This document shows, piece by piece, positions 21,301 to 28,853 of a stretch of DNA of 64,000 bases; position 1 is the first letter of the stretch, and the number at the start of each line of letters is the position of its first letter. The notes below the pieces were generated by a model, which saw nothing but the letters and a program-made list of their open reading frames with translations, ran no database searches and had not been told where the DNA came from. Source of the DNA: Bythopirellula sp. (GTDB lineage Bacteria > Planctomycetota > Planctomycetia > Pirellulales > Lacipirellulaceae); the NCBI GenBank assembly GCA_965216565.1, contig OZ244170.1, positions 1,856,001 through 1,920,000 on the forward strand, given 5' to 3'. A program made the translations under genes and the position numbers.

Positions 21301-22411
21301 TGTTTAACGTACCGTCGAGGGCATTCTGAGGCGACTCGCCACCCGGATAGGAACTATTGCCATCGGTATCGATGGCAATAATGGTATCGGCAGGCGAAAG
21401 GATAGAAGTAGCCGCTGGGAGTTCGATCGGCACGCCAACCAGTGTCTCCCAAGTTGGCGCAGGCGAAGAAAGAACATCTTCAATTTCTAAGGCAAACACA
21501 CTCGAGGCGGCGCCTGTCTGAAATAGCTGTGTGGCATAGCCACTTACAGAACCCGCATCGTCACGAAACCGTACACGAAGTTCGTAATCAGTATTCTCAG
21601 TCAGAATTGATTGGCCGGCCTGGGAGTTGAGAAAGATGCCATCGCCCAAGTGCGTGTGCAATCGCTCAACTCCTTCGATTCCCAGTGTTTGCCAAACTGG
21701 CTCTGCGCCTCCGCCAACCGTCCAGATCTCCCAGTCCGAAGATTTATGCAAGTCTCCGTCCGTGTCCGAGAACCCGACAGCTTCCATGTGAACATCCGCC
21801 GGATTCACGACCTGCCCAGGGGATGAAGGTTCAGTGACAACCGGAGTATTCGGCGAATTATTCGGGCCACTGGGCACTCCGACGACATGAATGTAATTGA
21901 TTCTCGTGTCGAGATTTGCTGCAGCCCCTGCGTCAAGAGTGAGAAGCCCGTTAACAACGGTGACTTGGTTCGTAGCAACCATTGCGCTGCCCGTATCGGC
22001 AACAGCGTTGAAGAAGCTCGTACCCTGCACGTTAATCGTGTGTATGCCATCGTTGTTGCCGGGATCGCCGACGGCGACAGTCACTTCGTAGGAACCGTTG
22101 GCAAGCTGGAATTCCCAGTCTTGGCCCGATTCTATCATGATCAAAGTATCGAACCGCTGATCGGGCTCTGCGCTACGTTCTACTGTTCGGTCCGAATGAT
22201 CACTCGACCAACCGTAGGTCAATCCATTCCCACGCGGTCCGAAGAGTTCTCCGATATCTCTTTCATATCCTGTTGGAATTGTAGCTTCATCATTTTGGAA
22301 GTTGATGAGATACGTATCCCCCGCCAACAAGACACGCGGTTCCAGCAGCTCAAGCTGAAGACGTGTCTTCAGCTTTTCACCATGATCTTTGCGATTGAAA
22401 CTAAAATTCAT
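18380..22411 (-). CDS. LEPR-XLL extracellular protein with sugar-binding-like N-domain, 2 discoidin-like repeats, PQQ-dependent sugar dehydrogenase (GSDH) propeller and dockerin-like domain
   Basis: LQLELLEPRVLLAGD; INFQ...GY..D.G...GW; two KYLNFG repeats; GEQGLTGI, HQISNITIGPDDKLYVHNGDG, GKILRMNKDGSVPTDNPF, AYGLRNPF; GDFDLDTDVDGDDL. Confidence 0.88.
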   Translation of the reverse strand: MNFSFNRKDHGEKLKTRLQLELLEPRVLLAGDTYLINFQNDEATIPTGYERDIGELFGPRGNGLTYGWSSDHSDRTVERSAEPDQRFDTLIMIESGQDWEFQLANGSYEVTVAVGDPGNNDGIHTINVQGTSFFNAVADTGSAMVATNQVTVVNGLLTLDAGAAANLDTRINYIHVVGVPSGPNNSPNTPVVTEPSSPGQVVNPADVHMEAVGFSDTDGDLHKSSDWEIWTVGGGAEPVWQTLGIEGVERLHTHLGDGIFLNSQAGQSILTENTDYELRVRFRDDAGSVSGYATQLFQTGAASSVFALEIEDVLSSPAPTWETLVGVPIELPAATSILSPADTIIAIDTDGNSSYPGGESPQNALDGTLNKYLNFGEANSGFIVTPLVGASIVESFEITTANDFEERDPSAWQLFGTNDAIVSADDSDGSGENWTLIDSGALSLPSARDTLGSGVSVTNSTAYTSYRMVFTGVKNSGAANSMQFAEIQFYGQQSGTSALLSSGNPIIAIDTDGNSGYPVGETPANAIDGSLDKYLNFGKINSGFIVTPPNSSAIVKSFVITTANDAEDRDPTTWQLFGTNDPITSTDNSTGGAENWTFIDAGGVSLPSARDTLGPSVAVGNSTAYSSYRMIFTGVKDSGAANSMQIGEIQFFGESGVPLAAPSLRVESGSGDLLLSIEGDEASGNVVTNPSTLSNHVDVRVAISGGSTGLTLDNTDLTFTDDDGRVQTIFLPNMSVAAGETKIFWVAVDGSTYFGQSGQTTPDFSTLARAADLSVPYLAAQPGFVVEEVGSDYRLPVNIAFVPDPGTNPNDPLYYVTELYGSIQVVTNDGTKHEFATGLLDYNPTGPISGSGEQGLTGITVERDSVNPDIYHLYVGMLWDNGSPPGGASHFPKVERLDSVAGGLSLDTRTVLLNMQPETQGQSHQISNITIGPDDKLYVHNGDGFDASTALDLDQFRGKILRMNKDGSVPTDNPFYNAGDGINARDYVFAYGLRNPFGGAWRESDGKHYSVENGPSVDRLAQINAGVSYGWDGSNGSMFTNAAYNWNPAHAPVNITFVQQSTHSGSQFPQHMWDHAFVSESGPTYAAGAQTLGKRIVEFEFDAAGNVVGGPTTLVEYVGLGHSSVVGLSAGPDGLYFTELYEESGASGPTATGSRIFRVRYTGGPAGDFDLDTDVDGDDLAIWESNYDTDTGATVLDGDADGNGAVTGLDFLLWQTNYTGPQVLSALNESQPGHSALTAEPQPSVTGPQFSKITHQITIEELNARADSGASQDVDSSIPFAGLESGRDTQTGTQLGGPTTTIDQVQRSAPETSDLHRDSGDDEDSFVEFADEVFTEFADFHLQ

Positions 22412-22503
22412 GGTGCATTTTCTCTAGATGTAGGTCCGAACTGGTTCTTACGAATTCAGGCAGTATGATTACTTTGCATTAATTGAAGTGTTACTGTTCT
22501 ATT

Positions 22504-22950
22504 CTACTTGGCAGCTACAGGAACCAGCTCTAGAAACTGAGTTTGATTTACCTTTTGGATTCTTCCCAAACTGAAACCAACCTGACGCATGCCGTCAGTT
22601 GGTTCTTTCTCGTAGGCGACAACATCGGGCGACACGCCTTTCGGGCGAGGGCCATAGATCACAACTAAAGGTTGACCACTTCTTTCAGAGACAAACAAAT
22701 CTTCAACCGAGGCGACTTCACTATGCTCAAGAGTTTGTTGGCATTTCTGCTGGATAAATTCTTGAAATTCCTCTTGATTCTTGGGGGCGCGACCAAGCTC
22801 CGAAGTTGCATAGTTATGAAGTGAAATCAACAACCTGAGATGAGATGTCTGCGTTTCACGGCCACCGCTAGTCTTAGCCGCATCGCAGCCTAAAGGGAGA
22901 ACTATTAGTAGCACTAAGAAGCAGAAGCGATAAGGTATTTGGCAAGTCAT
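22504..22950 (-). CDS. Small lipoprotein following DUF1559 gene
   Basis: Lipobox-like LPLGC; 148 aa; 3 nt downstream of the DUF1559 stop. Confidence 0.8.
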   Translation of the reverse strand: MTCQIPYRFCFLVLLIVLPLGCDAAKTSGGRETQTSHLRLLISLHNYATSELGRAPKNQEEFQEFIQQKCQQTLEHSEVASVEDLFVSERSGQPLVVIYGPRPKGVSPDVVAYEKEPTDGMRQVGFSLGRIQKVNQTQFLELVPVAAK

Positions 22951-22953
22951 TGA

Positions 22954-24141
22954 CTAAAGTGACCCCATATCAACAACTCTCCCGTCAGTCCGGTGCCCTA
23001 GTGTATTGAACAGTTCTAGATCAATCTCATAGCTAATCGGGCGTACCGAGCCATCAGCAAATCCAGAGTTCATGATGGCACTATGAGCCGAGCCGAACCG
23101 ATACGCAGCCAGTTCACTTCCGTCATCTTCATCGGGGCCGATTTGACAGACCGTAGAGCGTAGGCCATCGAAATCCCAACCTCCCGACCACCCCCTGTCA
23201 TCGTGCCAATCTCCAACATCGTAAAGACTTGGCTGGAGGCGTTTTTCACCAATCACTAACGTATTACTTGAACCGTCAGTAATTTGTGCGAAAGATATTT
23301 TTTCGTAAAAGCCAGTGACCATCGTCTCGCCGTCGGATGGACAATTCACGCACAGATCACTGCGGACAATGACTCCCCAAAACCCGTAGTAAGTTGGGCC
23401 CAGAGAATCGACGGTAGACATGGTATCTTCGTGTGTTGGGCCGTTACTGAATGCGCCCCAAAAAGTCTTGGATGAGCATCCAGTGGTATCGCCGAACGAA
23501 GGATTGAAATTAAAGAACGGATTGGCAACGTTGTTCGGTATACCGTACTGCTCGCCAGACCGAAAAGGTACCGCAGCAGCGTAATCCATCAAATAGGGGC
23601 TGCCGTTGGTCTCTGGAATAGTTCCCGCCCATCGCGTGGGTCCTCTTCTAGAAGGACAGTTGAACATCGGATTGTTCGCGTTATCCAACTCAGCCTGAGT
23701 CTTAATGTTGTAGACGTTTCCACCTTCAAGATAGGGCAAGATTTGAAACGCCCATCCCAAGCCCTGCTTCTTAGGCCCATAGGGCGATCCACCTGGGCCG
23801 TTCAGATAGTCTTCGAGATTTGGCCACGGCACGACACCGCCACTGGGGAAAGCGCTCCTGGCAGATTCATGGTTGTGCATCGAAAGCATAATTTGCTTGA
23901 CGTTGTTAGCACAACTCGAACGTCGCGCAGCTTCCCGAGCCGCCTGCACGGCTGGAAGCAGAAGTGCGACTAAGACTCCAATAATGGCTATAACGACCAG
24001 GAGTTCGACCAACGTAAAACCAGCCCGCTGCTGAGAGAAAGAAGAAGACGAACGATTGGAGTGTCGTCTCCCAGTTCTTCGACTGCGACCAGAACATGTT
24101 GCCGAAGGCTTTTGCAACTCGTATTGAATCCTGTCAATCAT
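22954..24141 (-). CDS. DUF1559 (prepilin-type N-methylation, H-X9-DG) protein
   Basis: [63 protein letters not shown]. Start set at ATG 24141 with AAGGA RBS (track start 24252 spans an intergenic hairpin). Confidence 0.95.
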   Translation of the reverse strand: MIDRIQYELQKPSATCSGRSRRTGRRHSNRSSSSFSQQRAGFTLVELLVVIAIIGVLVALLLPAVQAAREAARRSSCANNVKQIMLSMHNHESARSAFPSGGVVPWPNLEDYLNGPGGSPYGPKKQGLGWAFQILPYLEGGNVYNIKTQAELDNANNPMFNCPSRRGPTRWAGTIPETNGSPYLMDYAAAVPFRSGEQYGIPNNVANPFFNFNPSFGDTTGCSSKTFWGAFSNGPTHEDTMSTVDSLGPTYYGFWGVIVRSDLCVNCPSDGETMVTGFYEKISFAQITDGSSNTLVIGEKRLQPSLYDVGDWHDDRGWSGGWDFDGLRSTVCQIGPDEDDGSELAAYRFGSAHSAIMNSGFADGSVRPISYEIDLELFNTLGHRTDGRVVDMGSL

Positions 24142-24174
24142 TCTCTGTCCTTTTGATGCCTTGTACACTCTCGC

Positions 24175-24208
24175 CACACGCGCCCTTTGCGATGAAAAGG
24201 CGCGTGTG
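24175..24208 (-). terminator. Intergenic stem-loop
   Basis: Perfect 10-bp inverted repeat cacacgcgcc / ggcgcgtgtg between the PEP-CTERM gene and the DUF1559 start. Confidence 0.55.
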
Positions 24209-24278
24209 ACCAAAGCGATATCTTTTGAGTACCAGCAAGAGATCCTGCTCATCTCAAAAGATGATAAAGCCGCGGCAC

Positions 24279-26156
24279 TCAGCCCCTAGAGACGCGGCGT
24301 CTTGAACTTGCAAAGGCTCCCAGCAATCCAACCAGTGTCAGAACAGCGGCAGAGGGCTCGGGAACAGAACTAACAGCAGCAGTGATTGGGGCACTACCGT
24401 ATTGGGTTTCCCAAACTGCCAAGTCTGCGGAGTCAATGACACCATCACCATTGGCATCGCCATTGCTGTTGTCCGTTTGACCTGCCAACCCGAATCCTGT
24501 TTGGAAAATCAGGAAATCCAGGCCATCGACGATACCGTTACCATCGAAGTCTGCATTGTCTGTAGCAGTGCCAAAGAAATCGACTTGAGCAAACTGCATC
24601 GAGTTTGCTGCTCCCGAATCACGCAATGTGGGGAAAATCATTCGGTAAGACGAGTAAGCAGTGGAATTGTTAACAGAAACCAATGCACCTGTCGTATGAC
24701 GAGCCAGAGGAATCTCAGCGTTATTCGGATCGAACGTGCCTGAATCGATCAGCACCCAATTCTCTTGATCACCCTGGCTATTGGATTCACTAGTAATTGG
24801 ATCGTTCGTACCGTAGATCTCCCACGAGGCGGGATCACGCGGTGGTTCGTCCCCACCCGTAGTAATCTGGAACTCGTCGAGGATCGTACTACCAGCTGAA
24901 GGCGTGACAATAAAACCACTATTCTCTTTGCCAAAGTTCAGGTAGGTCGTCTGAGTACCCGGTTGTGCATCGGGATCGACTGCTAGTACGGGATCTCCCG
25001 GAGACAGAATGTTAAGTCCGGAGCCGTTGGGATCCAGGAAGAACGCAGCCTCAGCGATCTGCATAAGCGGATCGTTAATGATCTTCAGTTCGGGGAACAG
25101 CATCTTGTAGGAGCTGTAGCTGGTTGCATTAGTAACTGGAATAACTGGGCCAGGAGTATCTCTACCTGCCGGCATGTTGACGTCACCAAAGTCAACTAGT
25201 GTCCAATTCTCGGAAGTTCCGAAGCTGTTGTTGCCACTGGTAATTGGGTCGTTGGTTCCAAATAGCTGCCATTTGGCGGGATCACGACCTTCGGCGTCGT
25301 TGGCAGTAGTCAGCTGGAAGCTTTGTACCTGCGCGGAGCCAAAAGATGGGGTAACGATAAATCCAGAGTTAGTACCTCCGAAATTCAAATACTTGGCAAG
25401 GGTACCATCAACCACGTTTTCAGGACCTTCGCCACCAGGTGAACCACTTTGTGAGCCACCGAAAGCATCGATCGCGATTTCAGCAGTCTGTCCACCGGGG
25501 CTACTGGAAGAAGGCTGAGTATCCAGCCCGATGGCTACCACAGGATTGGCAATATTGAAAACAGTCGAACCGGTCCCATCATTAGATGTGAATAGCTCAA
25601 AGTCGCCAATCTGCATGGAGTCTGAGTTCGCGGCATCGCGGACCGTCGGAAAAACGACGCGATAAGAGTTGTAGGCGGTGGCATTTGCAAAACTCTGCAC
25701 GGGCCCTGCAGAAAATCGGTTGGGATCGGTATCGAGCCCTGTTACGCCGGAACTAATTAGCGACCAATTCTCTTGATCTCCAAAGCTGTCGTTGCCGCTT
25801 GTGACTGTATCATTTGTCCCGTAGAGCTCATAGGTCAAAGGATCGCGGTTAGGTTCGTCATTCGCAGTTGTAATCCGAAGGCTCTGAACAGTTGTAGAAG
25901 GGGTAAACGGCGTAGCAATGAACCCCGTGTTTAGCTGCCCAAAGTTGAGGTACTTCGTGCCTGGATTCAAATCCAATGCGTTTACAGCACCCTCGCCCCC
26001 GGGGGAATTACTGTTCGACATCGTTCCGGGGTCGGTATCGATGGCAATTATAAAGTCGTTTGCATCAAGTAGCGATATCGCCAAGCCTGTGCTTGGCAGC
26101 AGCATAGCCACACAACTTGCGGCAAATGCCAGTGTTGCTGAAGTTTTCATCTTCAA
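24279..26156 (-). CDS. PEP-CTERM surface protein with 3 discoidin-like repeats and dockerin-like domain
   Basis: Signal peptide; (K/T)YLNFG three times; [26 protein letters not shown]. Confidence 0.92.
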   Translation of the reverse strand: MKMKTSATLAFAASCVAMLLPSTGLAISLLDANDFIIAIDTDPGTMSNSNSPGGEGAVNALDLNPGTKYLNFGQLNTGFIATPFTPSTTVQSLRITTANDEPNRDPLTYELYGTNDTVTSGNDSFGDQENWSLISSGVTGLDTDPNRFSAGPVQSFANATAYNSYRVVFPTVRDAANSDSMQIGDFELFTSNDGTGSTVFNIANPVVAIGLDTQPSSSSPGGQTAEIAIDAFGGSQSGSPGGEGPENVVDGTLAKYLNFGGTNSGFIVTPSFGSAQVQSFQLTTANDAEGRDPAKWQLFGTNDPITSGNNSFGTSENWTLVDFGDVNMPAGRDTPGPVIPVTNATSYSSYKMLFPELKIINDPLMQIAEAAFFLDPNGSGLNILSPGDPVLAVDPDAQPGTQTTYLNFGKENSGFIVTPSAGSTILDEFQITTGGDEPPRDPASWEIYGTNDPITSESNSQGDQENWVLIDSGTFDPNNAEIPLARHTTGALVSVNNSTAYSSYRMIFPTLRDSGAANSMQFAQVDFFGTATDNADFDGNGIVDGLDFLIFQTGFGLAGQTDNSNGDANGDGVIDSADLAVWETQYGSAPITAAVSSVPEPSAAVLTLVGLLGAFASSRRRVSRG

Positions 26157-26233
26157 TGTCTCCGAGACGCCAGAGAAAAGTTAAGTAAGAGGTTGAAAGC
26201 AGTAACTCGCTACTTACTTTTCAACAAACAATA

Positions 26234-26278
26234 AGTGCAGAAGGCCCCCAGGAACGTCCCCGGAGGGCCGCCTGCACT
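26234..26278 (-). terminator. Intergenic stem-loop after first gene of cluster
   Basis: agtgcag..ggccc....gggcc..ctgcact inverted repeat followed by T-rich ttattgttt on the minus strand. Confidence 0.6.
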
Positions 26279-26318
26279 CTTTTTACCGAAGTTAACAGAT
26301 TTCAACGAAGTCGGGAAA

Positions 26319-27452
26319 TTACTTCCGGCGTCGCAAACCTGCAGTCAAGCCAATCAGTGCTAGTACCAAGCTCGTTGGCTCAGGAACTACTGAACCTTCA
26401 AACAGCACTTCACCAATTTGGATCTCTCCAATACCAGCGGACTGCCGCTGGGTTGGGAACACTAGTCGGTAAGCACCGTAGGCCGTCGAATTAGCAACAG
26501 CCTGAGCGGCTCCAGTTGCTTCGCGACCGGGATCGGTGTCAAATCCAGTGATGCCAGAATCGACCAATGTCCAATTCTCACCTGCGCCAACGCTATTGTC
26601 CAAGCTGGAAATCGGATCGTCGGTGCCGTAAAGGTCCCAAGTCAGAGGATCACGTTCAGGGACGTCATTACCAGTAGTAAAGGTCAAGGAATCAACAACG
26701 GTAGCCAGCCCATCGGCTCGCTTAATGATGACGCCGGAAAACTCTTTAGCAAAGTTCAAGTACTTAGCTCCGCTCGTGCCATCGACAATGTTTGATGGGT
26801 TATCCGAACCGGGATAGTTACTTTGGCCACCGAAGTCATCAATCTCAATTGCTGCGTCGCCACCAGCCAAAATCTGAGAGCCTGAACCGCCAGCACCGGT
26901 GAACAGGCTGAGGTCTGCAACTTGCATGCAGCAATCGAATGCGTTCTTAATTGTTGGGAATGAAATCTTGTAAGAAGTATAAGCCGTACCATTGGCAAAA
27001 TCCTGAATGGTTCCTGGTGTGAAGCGAGCACCAACGCCCGCCAATCCAGAGTCGCCTGTGCTAATAAGTGACCAGTTTTCTGCATCGCCAAAGCTATTAG
27101 ATGTACTAGTGATGGCATCGTTCGTGCCATAGAGACGGTAAGAAAGGGGATCGCGGCCGTCTGCATCATTAGCCGTTGTAAGCTGAAGACTCTGAACAAT
27201 CGACGAGCCAAAAGCCGGTGTAATGATGGCTCCCGTGTGTTGTTTGCCAAAGTTCAAATATTTGGTAGCGCTGTTTTGATCGGTAAGTTGACTAGCGGCT
27301 TCGCCAGCACCAGGAATGCCACTATCGGGTCCCGAGTCGAGATCGACAGCTAGAATGATGTCGCTGCTGTTAAACAAGTTCTGCGCGGAAGCAACTGTGC
27401 TGAACTGAATCAAGCAAGCTACCGCCAATACTGTTGTCATAGTCTTCTTCAT
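26319..27452 (-). CDS. PEP-CTERM surface protein consisting of 2 discoidin-like repeats
   Basis: Signal peptide MKKTMTTVLAVA...ASA; KYLNFG and KYLNFA repeats; VPEPTSLVLALIGLTAGLRRRK; GGAGG RBS. Confidence 0.93.
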   Translation of the reverse strand: MKKTMTTVLAVACLIQFSTVASAQNLFNSSDIILAVDLDSGPDSGIPGAGEAASQLTDQNSATKYLNFGKQHTGAIITPAFGSSIVQSLQLTTANDADGRDPLSYRLYGTNDAITSTSNSFGDAENWSLISTGDSGLAGVGARFTPGTIQDFANGTAYTSYKISFPTIKNAFDCCMQVADLSLFTGAGGSGSQILAGGDAAIEIDDFGGQSNYPGSDNPSNIVDGTSGAKYLNFAKEFSGVIIKRADGLATVVDSLTFTTGNDVPERDPLTWDLYGTDDPISSLDNSVGAGENWTLVDSGITGFDTDPGREATGAAQAVANSTAYGAYRLVFPTQRQSAGIGEIQIGEVLFEGSVVPEPTSLVLALIGLTAGLRRRK

Positions 27453-27602
27453 TAGTACTAACCCTCCAAGGAAAAGAAAAAAGAGTTTGGATACTCACTT
27501 AGGAGTTTCAAAACGATGTACTTCCAGATGAATTCTGATCAGTAGCCCAGAAAAAAAGCACCTTTTGGGCGTCTTGATCGCAGTTTAACACATCACTACG
27601 AG

Positions 27603-27660
27603 ATTAGTTGTGTTAATTGGTTGAATAATGTACAAAAGTTGTAGTATCATATTAGTTGTG
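27603..27660. promoter_or_regulatory. Candidate operator array in divergent promoter region
   Basis: ATTAGTTGTG at 27603 and 27651; TACAAAAGTTGTA at 27631-27643; AT-rich region between the divergent genes. Confidence 0.5.
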
Positions 27661-27684
27661 AGAGATGCAGTTCACCCTTAGTCC

Positions 27685-28845
27685 ATGGTTACAAGGCAAA
27701 TGGGAAATCTCGATTCAGAAGCTCGATTTGATAGGGCGAGTAGTAATATGGAACCAATTAGACCCAGTCTGATGCCAAAACACGCTCATCTCAGGAGAAC
27801 CCTGGCGGGTTTTATTCTGGATGGGACTTGGTCCGACGGCGAACGAGTGCCGTCTGAGACCCAGCTCTCGAAGAAGTTTGGTGTCTCTCGCACTACAGTC
27901 ATTCGAGCTCTGCGCGATATGGAGCGAGATGGGCTCGTCTCGCGTCGCCAGGGATCTGGAACCTACGTTCGAAACGGGCTAACAGGGCAAAGTTCGATTG
28001 GGGTGTTGATTCCCGGGTTAGCGCCAGACGACATTTTCCTTTCTGTCCAAAGACACATCTTCAGGGAGAGCAGTCGTTTTAACTGGCAAGTCCTGAATGG
28101 AGAGGTACTCCTTCCCGGAGACACCGACGCAGCGGGACACGCACCGGTCGAGGCTGCGAAAAAACTTGTTCAGACTGGAATCTGCGGCGTTGTGCTGGTG
28201 CCGCATCATGTGCAAGAAGAAACTGAAAGGTGCAACGAAGCGGTCCTCAATGTGTTTCGCAGTGCCAAGTTGCCAGTAGTCTTGCTCGATCGGGACATCT
28301 ACGAAGCACCACATCGAAGTCCTCACGATCTAGTGAGTCTCGACAATAGTCGTGCTGGTTTCGAGTTGGCTTATCATCTCATGTCTCGTGACCGTGCACG
28401 GTTTGTCTATGTAGGCGATCCTCACGTCTATCCAAGTACGCACGCGCGACTTAGTGGTGTGAGAAAAGCGCTTTCGCTTGAGGGTATTTCGCTAGCCGAT
28501 AAGTGCGTACTCCCAGGTTCCGAAGAAGGATATACAGCTGTCATTGAAAAGATCCGGACAGATAAAATTGATGCGGTGATTTGCAATTCTGACCACGATG
28601 CCGCGTTAGTGATGAGGAAATGCCTTGAGGCGGGATTCGAGATTCCAAAGCAAGTGGCGATCGCCGGTTTTGACGATCAACCGATTGCTAAACTGTTAAA
28701 TATTCCTTTAACGACAGTAGCCCAACCAGCACAGGGACTGGCAGTTCGGGTCATTTCAACTTTACGAGATCGCATCGAGTACCCAGATCTTCCGCCGACT
28801 ACGGTGCGAATCCAGGGAGAATTGATCGTCCGCGAGTCCACTTAA
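27685..28845 (+). CDS. GntR-wHTH / LacI-type sugar-binding hybrid transcriptional regulator (AraR-like)
   Basis: PSETQLSKKFGVSRTTV..AL..MERDGLV.RRQGSGTYV at the N-terminus; IPKQVAIAGFDD, LTTVAQP, LIVREST at the C-terminus. True start may be 27748 or later. Confidence 0.95.
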   Translation: MVTRQMGNLDSEARFDRASSNMEPIRPSLMPKHAHLRRTLAGFILDGTWSDGERVPSETQLSKKFGVSRTTVIRALRDMERDGLVSRRQGSGTYVRNGLTGQSSIGVLIPGLAPDDIFLSVQRHIFRESSRFNWQVLNGEVLLPGDTDAAGHAPVEAAKKLVQTGICGVVLVPHHVQEETERCNEAVLNVFRSAKLPVVLLDRDIYEAPHRSPHDLVSLDNSRAGFELAYHLMSRDRARFVYVGDPHVYPSTHARLSGVRKALSLEGISLADKCVLPGSEEGYTAVIEKIRTDKIDAVICNSDHDAALVMRKCLEAGFEIPKQVAIAGFDDQPIAKLLNIPLTTVAQPAQGLAVRVISTLRDRIEYPDLPPTTVRIQGELIVREST

Positions 28846-28853
28846 GCTGACGG

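Noticed and set aside
24142..24252. N-terminal extension of the DUF1559 ORF
   Set aside because: It spans an intergenic hairpin; ATG 24141 has a better RBS.
3823..26184. Similar-looking plus-strand ORFs (…PKLRYL…) at 3823, 11281, 20544, 21030, 25174, 25918
   Set aside because: Antisense shadows of the repeated module on the minus strand.
3240..27380. Recurrent nucleotide repeats (e.g. ccaaagttgaggtact) as CRISPR array or DGR template/variable repeats
   Set aside because: They are coding repeats about 490 nt apart within ORFs, with synonymous-type divergence. No cas or reverse transcriptase gene is present.
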